From the NCBI RefSeq assembly GCF_036321535.1, contig NC_087436.1:107510001-107574000 (forward strand): a stretch of DNA of 64,000 nt, given 5' to 3'. Numbering within the stretch: the stretch's first letter is position 1; each line of letters begins with the position of its first letter. Made by a program: the position numbers and the translations under genes. This stretch comes from Camelus dromedarius (Eukaryota). Under the pieces are notes generated by a model. That model saw only the letters and a program-made list of their open reading frames with translations, was not told the origin of the DNA and searched no databases. Shown here piece after piece: positions 13,057-26,139 of the stretch.

Positions 13057-14593
13057 ACCTTATTTGATTGTTTATCTGACTTTTTTTTCCTTCAGGAAAT
13101 GATAGTGACTTCAAGAATTATGTTCCTAAGTTTGCTCTGAATATTCTTGAAATATATTTTCAGTTCCTCTCAGAAGGCCTTCTGCCTCGCAGGGTGTGGG
13201 TGGTGTTAACAGCATTCCGTTCTGGGAGCTGGAATGGCAAACAACTGAGAAATCGTAATGCTAAATTTTTATTTCTTTCTGCTCCATAAACTTTTGATTT
13301 TTTTTAAACATGTCTACATTAAGTCTTACTCCTTTTTCCATGTTTCAGCATAAATGATGTGCTGAACTAACTTGGTACTGTGCTAAATGGTAGCAGTGGA
13401 CATCAGACTCTTCTCGTGTTTAAATTCAAGGGGCATGAGCCCCTAACAGCATTCCTAAGCATTGTCTATAGATCATGGGGTGGTAACGTCATTAGTATGG
13501 AACAGAAATGGGTATATATGAGCTTTATAACTTTGGTCAGGTTTTACATTTTTCATTTAGTTACCTCCTAGAAAGTTGGAAATTTCAAAGATGTCAGCAA
13601 AAATATTGATTATGAATGGGTTTTCGGTTTATGATGATACATGATATTATGCATTTGCTAGTTCCACAGTGCCCACGTCTCAAAATTGAGTATAAAAGCT
13701 GTCTGCAGAGTAGATTTATTCATACTGATCCTGTTTTCTTGCACAAAATCTAACTTAAACACATCAAATAATATGTAGACTGAATATATTAACATGAAGT
13801 TGTAAACTGTATTTTTAAGGTTACAGTTATAACTTTTTAAGTGTGATGAAATGCCTTCCCTTTTACTCGCCTCAGTAAAATTTATCATTTATTGTACTAA
13901 AGCCTTTATGACTGAGCAAATGACAGTCCTTTTGCTGAAGCAATACTGAGTCTCAATGAATGTAATTCAGTCACCAGCCTGGCAGTTTTTCCCCAAGCTA
14001 CTTCCCTATTTGGGTTTCATTCTTTATTCAAAAACGAGATAATGTCATGGAGCTTGGTAGCTTGTGTAGTCTTCCTTTATTTCCTTATTTTTGGTTTATT
14101 GGTTGTAAATTCTCCATCGTAAAGTTTGTCAGCTTTGCTCATTAAAGCATGAATAATTATAGAAAATTAAAAGAAGCTAGAAGGGTCTTGGTGGTCATTC
14201 TGGCCTCATCTTTTCCGTCTTAAAAATAATGAAACAGAAGTCTGCCTAGAAAAGTGAAGTGACTGTCACAAATTAAATCATTTGTTTCTGGTGGGGTCTC
14301 AGTGAAAACCTTGGGCTCTAGATATCAGTACTATTCTTTGAGCTACTTTTGGTGTCTGTTAAGTTACAGTCACTACATAAATCTTTGGATGTAAATAAGT
14401 GTCTTAAAGTATAAATAAGATATTCTTTACTTCATTGTCTATTTCTAAGATATAATTATATCACAATTAACTCAATTTCAAGCTATACTTAGTAGTTAAA
14501 ATTCTTGTTTATTATCAGAAAGTATATTTTAAAAGTGAATCTTATTCTAAATATTTGAAAAGATACTGCAAGATTATAAAGAAGGAAAGAGAG

Positions 14594-14700
14594 TGCGGTG
14601 GGTATAGCTCAGTGGTAGAGCACATACTTGGTATGCATGAGGTCCTGGGTTCAATCACCAGTGCTTCCGTTAAGGAAAAAAATTAAAGAAAAAAAAAGAA
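14594..14700 (+). mobile_element. tRNA-derived SINE, camelid type (short form)
   Basis: gggtatagctcagtggtagag (A box)...ggtcctgggttcaatc (B box), A-rich tail. Confidence 0.85.
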
Positions 14701-16319
14701 TAGAGACATAGAAACCTCATTACTAAGATAGTGATCATTATGATGTATTTCTTCTAAGTCTTTTTTTTTTTTTTTTTTTTGTCTCTGCATAGATTCTTTT
14801 CAGTCAATGGTATCAGTTTTACTGTTGGCTTTTTAACTGATTGTAAGCATTTTCCTTTATCACATTTTCTTTCAAAGCATCCTTTTTTAATAGATGTATA
14901 AAATTTTGTTGTTCGGTGTACCTTACAAAAACTGACCTCTATAGTAGCTTCCAATTTTTGTCTGTTATAAATCATGCTTAAATAAGGTCATTGAATATAT
15001 TTCTTGTCAGATTTGGTAACTTGTTAACTTAGGAAAGCAAGGCTGGTGGCTCTGGATTGCAGACTGCTAGGCTGCTTGGGAAATACGGTTCTAGTGACCT
15101 TTGCGGCCATGTCCAAGTCGAGGTTTGCTTTTGCCTCTGTCTACTGCCTCACTTTTAAAAAAAACCTTTTGCAATTTTGACTAGAGAAAATGATATTTTA
15201 ATTGGAATGTTCTTGATCACCATGTTTTCTTGGTCCCGATAGTTGAAGACTCATCCTTGCCTTAGCAACAGCTTGGAGGAGAGACAAAATACTGCAGAGT
15301 AATATACTTTGATTGCAAGATACACGTTGCCTTTAGAAACATTAAAATGAGGGAAGATGTGTATCCTAGAATAGAACTTCAGAGCTTAATACTCACTGAG
15401 CGCGTTAGGCATTTGTGCTCTCCTGGATGTTGTATGCTCTTGTTCCCATTTTATGAATGAGGAGCTCTGTCATAGAGAGGTGGGGGGACATGCCCAAGAT
15501 CAGTGTAACTTAAAAGTAATGAGAGCTGGGCTCCAAGCACAAGGATGCTTGACTTTAGAAGGTCCTATTCATCCGGCAAAAATGCTGTGAAATGTTAATC
15601 TATATTAGCGGGATTAAAAAAAAAAAATCCACTTATAGCCAAAGAAAATCAATCAATGTCTACTTCTTGATTGTTTTCATACACATAATGGACTTTTTAA
15701 AAAAGAGAGATGTGAGTAGACAGAATGATAATGAATACCTGAAATCTTATGACGCAGGGGTATCCTCTGGTAACATTTGTATATACAGTGTTGCACCCTC
15801 CCAGTGGGGGCAGGGGGGCAGCACTCAGCCTTGTACCCAGTGTGAAGAGGGCCCCTGAACTTGTGCAATACCCTGTGTGATGGAGAATTTTCTATCTAAA
15901 TTGCCAGTAAGTGTGTCTCTTGACTAGTGCTGGTGTGTGTTGAGAAATAGGGGGTTGGAGTGGAGAGGGCCTGCGTTCACATCTGGCTCTGCTATTTGCT
16001 AGTGTAATCTAGGGTCATTCATTTAACTCTTCTATGCCTTGGTTTTTTCATTTACCTTGTCTTGATCTCCTCATTCCCCCAAATTAGGGAACTGTAGCAT
16101 TTTTGCCTTCTGTGTGGAAATTTTTTATTGGCATTCAAGCTGCAAAGGGAGCATAGTTACAAAGCCTAGAGAGAAAGCAAGATCTAGTACCCATGGTCTC
16201 TTAGGCAAGTCTTAATGTGGGTAACTTGACTAGGACTTTTTAAAAATCATTTTTGTTTGTTTCCAGTTCATTTTTTTTTTTAAGAATGTCATCCTAATAC
16301 ATGAGGTACAATATTGTAA

Positions 16320-16787
16320 TGTTACAGCAAAGTGTGTTACAGCACAGTGTTACAGCAACCTGGATCCAGGCGAGAGACCAAGCAACACTCGGAGGGTTGG
16401 AGAACTCAGGTTTATTACACCAACAGGCCCAGAGGAGTTAACACTCCAAGCTCTGGACCCGGTTTGTAGGTTTACACAAGCTTTTATAGGCTACCAGTCA
16501 AGTCTTTGCAACATTTTGCAACATCATATGCAGAGTAGGTGTTAGAAATGGACCAATCAGGAGTGAGCTTTATGCAAATGAGGTGTTACAAATGGACCAA
16601 TCAGGAGTGAGCTTTGAGAACTAATAGAATCTTAGGGGTAAGTTCCAGTTTCCTAGAAGCAAGCTGTTTTACAGAAGCACAAAAGCGAGATAATGCTGCT
16701 GCCAGGCCAGGGAACCAGATGGTGCCGGTGGGAAAGTAGTGGTCCTGCATCGGGGTCCTGCTGGTCTTTATGGGGCTTCCCACCTCA
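16320..16787 (-). mobile_element. Solo LTR of ERV1 (gammaretrovirus-like) type, 468 bp
   Basis: TG...CA termini, perfect 4-bp TSD GTAA (16316-16319, 16788-16791); on minus strand TATAAAA (16482-16488) followed by AATAAA (16411-16416); duplicated CCAAT block. Confidence 0.88.
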
Positions 16788-17319
16788 GTAATACTGTGTC
16801 TGTGTGTGCAAAAAGCATATTTTCACACATAGAGATTTGTGTAAATTACAAATAGTATTCAGCATTATTGAAATGGTATCTAGAAGATACTGTATTTCTT
16901 TAAAAGTCAGTTTTTTGTAAGGTACTTGTTTTGCACTTTTTCTGTTAAGTTTCTAGTTTTTAAATATTCAACTTATGTAAGTTGATTAATTACATAAATG
17001 TACATGGCATTTTCTTACTCTGACACAGAACTTAGAGCTATTTTGTGTTGACTTCTCTCCCTTTTAATTTCAAAAATTTTGGTTCAGTGTGACAGGAACG
17101 ATTTAAGATGTGACAAGATGTGTGAGTTAGCTGTTTCGGGTTGTTTCTCAGAGAAAGAAGCTCCCTTTTTCGTCGGGCATCTCAAAAATTCTTAGGGTAA
17201 TAAATGACATCTTAGAATACGTCATAGGAATAAACATAACAAGCTAAATTACTTTGATATCAACGGTGTACATATATTAGGTAACTTACTTTTTTTTTTT
17301 TTTTTTTTGTCTTTTTTAG

Positions 17320-17391
17320 GATTCTGAGTAACAATAAAATATCCGAGCTGAAGAATGGCTCATTTTCTGGGTTAAGTCTCCTTGAAAGATT
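17320..17391 (+). CDS. ADGRA3: ADGRA3 exon 2 (72 nt, LRR: ILSNNKISELKNGSFSGLSLLERL)
   Basis: Long T tract + TAG acceptor, GTGAGT donor, 72 nt phase 2-2, LRR consensus; not in ORF track, read manually. Confidence 0.96.
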
Positions 17392-17555
17392 GTGAGTATT
17401 CTTTTGTTATCATCTCTTACTGTTATTTTATTTAATGAATTTTCATTGTAAGTCTTTTAATAAACTCCCAACTTTTCAAAATAAAAATTGATTTTTCCCT
17501 ATGTTTTATTGTGAAACATCTCAAGAGTTGAATTTAAAAAAATAATTTGTTAAAG

Positions 17556-17741
17556 CAGAGATCAGCAGACTTTTATGTAGAGGACTAGATATGAAATAAT
17601 TTAGGCTTTGTGGGCCATATGGTCTTTGTCATAGTGACTCAATTATGTTGTCTTGAGAAAGCAGCCGTAGACAATACGTAAAAGAGTCAGTGTGGATGTG
17701 ACTTCATTTACAAAACAGGCTATGCTCCATACTTTGGTGAC
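17556..17741. mobile_element. MER58A-like hAT-Charlie element
   Basis: tttaggctttgtgggccatatggtct...gaaagcagccgtagacaatacgtaa...tttacaaaaacaggc. Confidence 0.75.
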
Positions 17742-18441
17742 GAGTGGCTTTTAAAACCTCAATGCTGTTTTGAAATTCTGTTGTGAAATGTGTATGCCTT
17801 ATAAGATAGTCAAGTAGAATTTAAAAAACATGTCCGGGGGAAACTTCTAGATAAACTTTGGTATTTTATTCAGCCGTCTTTGAATGTGATAGTTTTGTTT
17901 TGCTTAGCAGTGAGGTCTGGTTCTGCTTCTGATCAGGTGGGTGACAAGTAGCACTTACTTTTTGCCTTGGTGAATTTTACACGCTGGATATTTAATTTGG
18001 CTATATTCTGAATGCTGTTCTAAGATCCTGTTTCCACTTCCCATATTACTCAGGCATTGAGGATAACATTTCAGATACATCAGGGAGCCAGCCCACACAG
18101 CGCGTATCTTCATTTCTGTTGAATGACAGAATTTCCTCATTTCCTTATTTCCCTTTGCTCTGCTTTGCTTTCTCTACTCTTCTGTGGCCTTTCCTTGACC
18201 ATTTCACTTAGCATCTTCTCCCACAGTTCAACTCCCACAGGACTTGATTGCTTTGATCACAGAGGTGTTATTTAAGCATATGGCATGTAGAGTTCTTCAT
18301 CCTTTTGTACATGTCTCCGTTCTTTTCGTTGGGATCAAATGTCTTTAAGTTAGATTATATATATGCATTTGCACATACAGCAGTACATTCACATTTTCAT
18401 ATTTATATGTATACCCACACATATATATGCACATATATATG

Positions 18442-18444
<3 letters not shown>

Positions 18445-18475
<31 letters not shown>
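18445..18475. repeat. (AC)n microsatellite, about 15 units, preceded by AT/AC-rich low-complexity sequence
   Basis: Direct reading. Confidence 0.95.
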
Positions 18476-18477
<2 letters not shown>

Positions 18478-20521
18478 AAATGATCTTGGCACAGCAGTGC
18501 TTAACTCTTAGATTTATTTTCCTGTTTTCATTCAAGTATTCCTGTTGTGTTCTGCACTGTCTAGGTTGCTGGCTACACCTCATTGCCAGACCTTACCTTG
18601 ATAGGACTGTCCACACATTCCATGGTCACTGGTTCAGGCATGGGCATTTGACTCCATTTAACTGAGTCGAGACTTGCTTGGGGCTTTGGGGAGAGGAATT
18701 GCCTCTCCCGTCATCAGAAAAGATAGTTGCACTTCTGATACAGAAGCCACCCTGCTTCTGGCTTGGACGGGAGCTGACACACTGAGGAAGGAGAGTGGGG
18801 TAGGCCCCTGGGAGGACCTGGATGAGGCACGACCCCCTCTGGACTTTTGTAGTTGACTGAGGCAGCCCGTTCCCATTCGGGGTTCTGTTCCTTGTAGGAA
18901 AAGTCATCCTGCCTGACGGGTATCCTTAGGATGGAGTACATTGTCAGGCCTAGAGGAGGTGCTCAGAATAATTGCAGGATCACTAGGGGGTTCACTTTCC
19001 AAAGGAAGGATGACAAGCACTCCAAGGGGTTGAATGGCATCTGCTGTGTTTAGAAACACGAGCTGCTTGGGCACTAGGATTGCCATGGTGGTTCACATTC
19101 ATCAAAAGTGTGGACAGCATGGCTAACGTTCTGTGCCGTGGTGGGAGTTAGTGTCCTTTTACGTTTTCTTTTTGATTTCCTTTGTCTTTGACCTGATTTT
19201 CAGCCGTTTGTTGAAAATAAATCCCTGTACGTGTTAGTAACATATGAGGTTGCCACAAACATGTTAGATGACACTAAGATGCTGCCGTTGTTCTTAAGCC
19301 AGGGGCCTGTTTAGACCTGAATCCCAGAACACCACCTCTCTTTTGTAGGACTAGAGAAAGACACACACATACAGGTACAGAGTGTGTATATGTGCAAGTA
19401 CATAATATATCCACACACACAGGGGACTTTGAAAGACGACTGTATTGATAGGGGCTTCAGCCTAAAACCCCACTGATGACCTTGGGACTGGGCCTCCTCT
19501 GTTGGGGAACATCTTCACCTAAGCAGGCCCTAAGCTCAGCAGTTTCTAAGTCCACTTCAAAGCCCAGACCTGAATCTCGGCCTGACTCCTGCAGCGTGAG
19601 GGAGGCCGTGCACGCCCGGAGGGAGCTGCCTCCCACACTGTCTTCGCAGGAGAACAGCACATGTCACAAAGAAGGAAAAGGGATGAAACGGTGAGGCTCT
19701 TACTGCAGTCTTGGAGGACTTGGCCCCGAGAAGGAAGGAGAGGGGGCAGGCGTCACAGAGGACACACCTTCTCGGTAGGGCCCTCCTCTGGGGGCATGAG
19801 CCTTACTCCCCCGGGTTCCTGCTGGGACCAGAGGCTGGAAAGGTCCCAGCGGCCTCGTGTGGAAACGTCCCTGGCCTTTGCTTCACTTCATTCTCAGAGC
19901 ACAGGTGGACCCAAGAGATCCCATAACCAGTTGCTTGACCCTTTTGCTGGGAGCTCAATGCCAAGGGCTGGTTAACGGCCTCTAGCCCTTCGCTGGCACT
20001 GCCCCATTCTCCCTCCTGGGCATGGAAGTGGGGTGTTGGAGAGGAAGGGGTGGAGGGGGCCGGGGCTTTCCTTCCCCTCGGGCCCAGCACTGCTTTCTCG
20101 CGTTTGTAGTTCTACCATGCTGCCGCACTCTGATTTGGTTTGCTCATTTTAAAGCTTCTGTAGGTTTAGTGCTTCCCATGCCAGCTCCTTGAATAGTCTC
20201 TCAGCTCCTGCTTCTGTTTTCATCGTGCGTCTCATCTTCCCTCCCTCCCTGGTTACCACGCTATCTGACCTGCTCTGCCTCCGGGCACTGCTGTCCTCGT
20301 CCTGTGACTGAACCCGGAGGATCTCTCTTCCTTGTGTCGACTCTGGATTGTACTCTTCTGTGATCTTCGTCATGAAAAGGTCTCCTCGTGGGCTCTCATT
20401 GGCTTCTGGATCTCATACCATCCATGCTGTACCCAGGTGGCTTCTCTTCCAGGACTGCAGGGAGTTGAGGACCATGTGGGACGCTGTCTGTCTCAGGCAC
20501 AGTCTGTGTGAGTCCAGGGGT

Positions 20522-20922
20522 TGTGCTGGTCTGCTAGGGCTGCCATAAAGAGGACCACAGACTGGCTGGCTTACATAACAAACGTTCGTTTCCTCGCCCT
20601 TCTGGAGGCTAGAAGTTCAGGGTCAGGGCTCTGGCAGGGCTGGTGTCTTCCGAGGAATGTGAGAGAAGGATCTGTTTCAGGCTTCTCTCCTTGGCTTATA
20701 GGAATGCCATTTGTCTTCCCCTGGTGTCTTCACTGAATCTGTGTGTCTGTGTCCTAATCTCCTCTTCTTATAAGGACACTGGTCCTACTGGATTAAGGCC
20801 CACCCATATGACTTCATTTTAACTTAATTACCTCTTGAAAGCCTCTGGCTCCAAATACAGTCACGTTTTGGGGTGTTGGAGGCGAGGACTTCAACGTGGG
20901 AATTTGGGGAGGGACACGATTC
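20522..20922 (-). mobile_element. MLT1C-like MaLR LTR
   Basis: tgctagggctgccata...ctggaggctagaagt...cctaatctcctcttcttataaggacac...ggcccaccc...aaatacagtcac. Confidence 0.85.
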
Positions 20923-21899
20923 CTGTGCCTGCTGTAGCATTTTGATGAACCAATGTGTGTTTTCCCCGCCTGTTCTCTAATTACTCTGCCTTAGGAGAAG
21001 GGATGGAAAAACAGAAGAAAAGCACTCAGGTTTTTTTTTGACGAGTGAGTTCCTAAAGTCCTAGTCCAAGTGTAGAAAGGAGGTTTGAAAAAAAAAAGAA
21101 AAGAGGATTCCTGCCCACCTAGATGCACATTCTGTGGGCTCACTGCAGAGTCAGAGGCAGCGTAGGAAGAGCTTACAAGATGGTGGGTCCCCAGCAACGG
21201 GCTCCGTCTTTGCCCGCCTTCCCATCCCTGCACGGGATGAGGGGGAAACAGGGAGAAGACCATTTAGAGCCCATATAAGGTTCTTGATCCAAGGACAAGG
21301 AGCATCTGAGGCCTCTTTCCTAGGGAACCAAAATCAAATTTTTCAAGACCCAGCATGATACAGAAGGAGAAGAACTGGCCATGTAGCCGTTGAGACGTAA
21401 GGGTGAGGACCGTCTGGCGCAGTTTCCCAGGGGAGCAGCAGAACAGCCCCTGGCTTTGTCAGCGGGGACAGGGCTCTTTCTCCAGGAGCCTGCTGGGGCC
21501 AGTGGGTGCCTGAGAAGTGACCTGGGCTGCTTGTGGGGAACCCAGCTCAAGACATAGCTAGCCAAATAAATGACTTAATGTTGTTTTAAATGACATCATT
21601 TTCAAATTTTTCAAAATTACTTGAAAACAGCGTAGCAGACGGTATTCCTTCCACACTCGCCTTTCCTGTGTGTCTTTCCTTAAATCTCCCAAATGTGAAA
21701 CATGAGAGCTTTCTCTGCTCCAGCACTGGAATGAAGGCCACCCCGCTCCCCCAGCCTGGCCTCGGCAGCCCTCAGACGGTGACTGAGAGCAGATGGCAGG
21801 TCCCCACCCCGACTCCCTCACCTCTCAGGAGGGGCGCCCCGGAGCGAGTTTTAGGCTGCCTTCCACAGGTCCCCGGGGGCTGAGTCCCAGCTGACCACC

Positions 21900-22051
21900 G
21901 TGGAGATCGCCTCAACAGATCCCCCTTAGTCAGTCCCCTTCTCTGTCTGGTCGCCCTTCCCCACTTTCCCACTGATGCGTCCCGAGGTCCCCTCCCAAAT
22001 AAAGCCACTTGCATTGGCACCCTGTCTGGAAGAATTCCACCTAAGAGACAC
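21900..22051 (+). mobile_element. ERVL (LTR16-like) LTR 3' end
   Basis: cctcccaaataaagccacttgca...cacctaagagaca; a similar end (tggggaacccagctcaagaca) lies at about 21534-21554. Confidence 0.45.
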
Positions 22052-22488
22052 GACCAGCTAGATGTTTGCAGCCCAGCTTTGGCTAGTCAGAGATTCCTGA
22101 AAGCGGAAATGAACAAAGCAAACAACTTCAAAATACAGCGGAATGGGTGTAAAAAGTGAGTGGTAGATCAAGGAATTATTCAAACTTTAGAGCCCTGGAC
22201 TTAAAATAACTGTAGCCAGGCCATGCAGAATACGAGGTAGGCTTAATAGTGGAAAATGGGGACCAGGCAGAATGGTAAGGGCTGGCTTGAGCCGGCCAGC
22301 AAACATGCCCCAGAGATTGAGGAAATCTGTAGGCCAGGCTGCCTCCAGTTCTTCTGAGTTGAAAAATAAACTTCTTAACAGGATTAATTTTTCTCTTTCT
22401 CTCTTTTTCTGAATCTATTGTTTCACAAAATAAAACAGATCTGGGTGCACACATTCCTACAGACTCCATCTAGAATGGATCCTTGTTC

Positions 22489-22590
22489 TTTCTTTCTTTT
22501 CCCCCCTTGACGGAGGCACTGGGGATTGAACCCAAGACCTTGTGTACGCCAAGCACGTGTTCTCCCACTGAGCTATACCCTCCACCCCTC
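22489..22590 (-). mobile_element. tRNA-derived SINE, camelid type
   Basis: ggggattgaaccca...cactgagctataccctcc; flanking repeats ggatccttgttc (22477) / ggatcctttttc (22594) consistent with a TSD. Confidence 0.85.
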
Positions 22591-23167
22591 CAAGGATCCT
22601 TTTTCCTTAGGCTTACCAATTTGTTCTCCTAAATGTTTGGTTCTCATTGGGGAGCTGCCTTGTTTTCCATCATTTGTATTTGCTTTTGTCCCTTATAAGA
22701 AAGTAGCAGAGTGTGTGTGCTTTTTTTTAAATTGGAATATTTAGATTTAATTTTTCTTTAATTTAGGATTTGGAATTTTTATTTTTAGGATATAATACCT
22801 AAATATTTATGACATTTTGGAAACCAGTTTCCTAGTTATGGTCCACCTTTTTAAAAGATTAGTTTTGTGTTCTTTTAGAAGTGCATGGGGCAGGTAACTG
22901 ATGTAGATTTATTGTGTCACGTTAATTAAAACCATTAGAAAGATAATTGGCCTAATATCAAGGCAACAAATATTGCCTCAACTGTTATTAAGGCTTTGCT
23001 GAGTAGCTAATTTAAATTTGTTCAGCAGGTAATTATTAATTGCCCACGCTGTCCTAGGCTTGGGATTTATTAATGAACACAACAAAGGTCCTGTCTTCAT
23101 GGAGCTTATGTTGTAATGGGGAGAAACACAATAAACATAGCAGGCAAGTTTATAGCACAAGTACAGC

Positions 23168-23333
23168 CGTACAGCCCCTTCACCCCACCCCTCTGCCGGT
23201 TCCACCCTCTGTAAAGTGGGTATAGAGGACCCAGGGTACTGGGACATTTCAAGTAAACAACTTGAGCATCTGGATTTTGGTATTTGTTGGGAGTCCTGGA
23301 ACCATCCTCCTGTGCGACTGAGGGATGACCATA
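23168..23333 (-). mobile_element. Short MER2-like Tigger MITE
   Basis: acttgagcatctggattttggtat...gggagtcctggaacc...tgagggatgac matches the MER2 end also seen at 62495-62566. Confidence 0.6.
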
Positions 23334-23667
23334 CTCTGGATAAAGAAAATGTCTAGCAGGGAGTGGGGTTTGGGGTGTCCACACTGCATGTGTATGTGAG
23401 CTTTGTACGGTGATCCTGCAAAGACTTAGAGCAGATGGTTGAGCCTTGAGCGAGTTATCTAGGGGGAGAACATTACAGGCAGAGGGGGTAGCAGGCGCAA
23501 AGCCTGTGCTGTGACTCATGCTCCTTGTGTTTGAGAAACAGCAAGGAGGCCGGAATGAGGCAGGCAGGCAGCAGGTCATCGTAAGGACCTGTGAGCAGAA
23601 GGCACTCTGGCTACTGTTATGAGGTGCTGGGACAAGGAGAAGTAGGGAGTTTTGTTAAATCTAAGAT

Positions 23668-24080
23668 GGTTTGTCTGTTTATTTTTATATAACTTTTAAA
23701 GGTCACCCTCCACTGACAGTTATTCCAAGATATTGGCTCTGTTCCCTGTGTTGTACATGCATCTGTGAGCCTGTCTTATACCCAGCAGTTTGTACCTCCT
23801 ACTCCCACACCCCATCTTGCCCCTCCGCCTCCCCTCTCCCCAGTGGCAACCATTGGTTTGTTCTCTTTACCCATGAGTCTATTTTTGTTGTTGTTGTTAT
23901 ATTGACTAATTTGTTGTATTTTTCACATTCTACATATAAGTGACATCATACAGTATTTGTCTTTCTCTGTCTGACTTATTTCACTAGCATAATACCTTCC
24001 AAATCCATCCATGTTGCTGCAAATGGCAAAATTTCATTTTTTCTGACAGAGTAATATTCCATTGTATATGTATGTGCCAC
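23668..24080 (-). mobile_element. 5'-truncated L1 3' UTR
   Basis: tatttgtctttctctgtctgacttatttcactagcataatacc..ccatccatgttgctgcaaatggcaaaattt; TSD atctaagat at 23659-23667 and 24081-24089. Confidence 0.88.
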
Positions 24081-24789
24081 ATCTAAGATTAAAATCCGTA
24101 ACTTCTGTCTAGGAAACCAGAGTGTCCTTGCCTGGATGGGCAGTTATCCAACTTGATGTGCATCAGTATCACTGGCTGGGGGTGGAGGCGGGGGGCTGTT
24201 GATGAAGCACAGATGAGAGTTTCTGATACTGTATTGAACTTGGACTGTGTTGATTTTTGAGGTGGCTGTGAGACGTCCAGATGTAGATGTTGAGTTAGAC
24301 AGCTGTGTGTGCAATAGGGAGCTCAAAGGAGTGGTCAGTTTGGGCTAGAGATACAATTTTGAGCCTAGAGACTGGGTGGTGATAAGGCTGCCTCAGAGCA
24401 AGTGTAGTGTGAGAAGGAGAAGAGGTGGGTTTGGGCTGAGCATCACATGTTACTGCTTGGATAAATAAGGGGAGGATCCTTTATCTAACAAATAGCCTTT
24501 AAAAGTTGCTGTCTCTTAGGCATTGTTCAGGAAGCCAGACATGGGGTTTCCAGTCCTCAGCCTTGTTCATGAATCCATCCACCCATTTATCCTTCCTCCC
24601 TCTTCATTTTTTATTGTCGTTCTTGGCTTGTGTTATGTATTTGTCAGTATTTAGTGATGCACCTCCCCTATTACATGCTCTAATTCCTGACACTAGAATT
24701 GCATCGTGGTTAATGTGTTTGATTTCTCAATCTTCTTTCCTCTCCAAATGGTGGGTCTCGGTCACCCCAGTATCTCTTTAGCTATTGAC

Positions 24790-25134
24790 AGGGTTATTGC
24801 CAAGAAGAGATGGGCAGTAGTTAGCTGTGAGGCTCAGAGAAAGATTTCTTAGCTCCTCAGGAGATACGAAGAGAGTGTCCGTTCTTTTTCATGACTTTGT
24901 GCTTTGAGGTGATTTTTGAACCTGGGATGTCATAGCGTGATTAAGGGTCAGCCTGAAGGCAGATTTGGCATTCTGAGAAAGGTGGATCTGAGAGGGTGGA
25001 TCTGAGAGATGGATGGAACCACCCACTTAAGCGTCTCAATTTTGTCTAATGCCTGAGACTACTTTCTTTATTGTTAAAGCCCTTTGAAGTAAAGATTTCT
25101 GATACTTGCAGTTGAAGAGCATCTTAGCTGATAG
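24790..25134 (+). mobile_element. Old MaLR LTR (MLT1J/K-like)
   Basis: 3' end ttattgttaaagcc...tttctgatacttgcagttgaagagcatcttagctgata. Confidence 0.55.
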
Positions 25135-26139
25135 ACTTTGCATTCTTTCCTGAAGAACTTAGCCCTTTTCATCAACTGTTAAGATAGTCCTTTAATTTTG
25201 TTTAAGCAGTTCATTTGTATTTTAATGAGGCAGCATATTCAGATTTAGCTATATATCCTGACATTAGACTCATGCTCACTAGGGAAGCTTTGGGTTGGTG
25301 AAGGGAAGGCGGAGGGGATATTAAATGAGAGAATCTGACTATAAATATCTTTTGGCAATGCCTGATTAATATGGCTATTATTAAATATTATATAATATGT
25401 CAAGGATTTTTTATTACTGAAGGAAAAGTGTATCTTTAAATCATATTACAGTCCTCGGTTATTCATGAGAGGTATTTTGTAGAAACACATGCAGTACATC
25501 ATTGACCACAAATTTATGTACTGTTTTAGCTAAATCACTTCTTGTAGATTCTGTTTAAAATCTGAAAAGGGAAACATATGTTTTTAAAAAATGGAACTGA
25601 CATTATATATTTCTTTTTGCAAAACTTTTTTGCTTATGTAGTATCGATCAAAGACACATTGAATTTTCTCCTTAAATCATCTTATCTCTTTGAGGGATAG
25701 GATTGGGGTCACTTGGGGAGAGGAGATGGGAACTAATAAATTGGGCCTGGTGATTAGTTGTAATTCCTGGGACTTAAAAAAGTTGGGAACAAAAATAATT
25801 TTTATTAAAAATTTCAGCATACAGAAAAATGGAAAAAACAATTTACTTACCTAATAATTTGTAGCAATTTGCCATTATTTCTTCTTTATATTGGAATAAG
25901 CTTACACATACACATGTTTGCTACATCATTTGAAGGTCAGTTGCAGACATCATGACCCTCTATCTTTACTGAGAAATGTAAGTGGTTATGAATGAGATGC
26001 AGCAGTCTCTACACTGTCTGGCTATGAATATCCTAATGATTTTGTTAACTATAATTTACTAAAAAGATTTTTATAGTAAAGGTCAGGTAACGTAATTCTG
26101 CCTCTCAGCCACGGTTGACTTTTTCATGCATTTATCATC

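Larger units (their letters stand above)
23015..24440 (-). mobile_element. L2 LINE, interrupted by younger insertions
   Basis: gtcctgtcttcatggagcttat...ggggagaaacacaataaaca (3' end); later agaaacagcaaggaggcc and tttgaggtggctgtgagacgtccagatg...gggctagagatacaatttt. Confidence 0.65.

Noticed and set aside
14594..14670. tRNA-like sequence with A and B boxes (also at 12735-12808 and 22515-22590)
   Set aside because: Diverged multi-copy heads with A-rich tails and disrupted stems; these are SINEs, not tRNA genes
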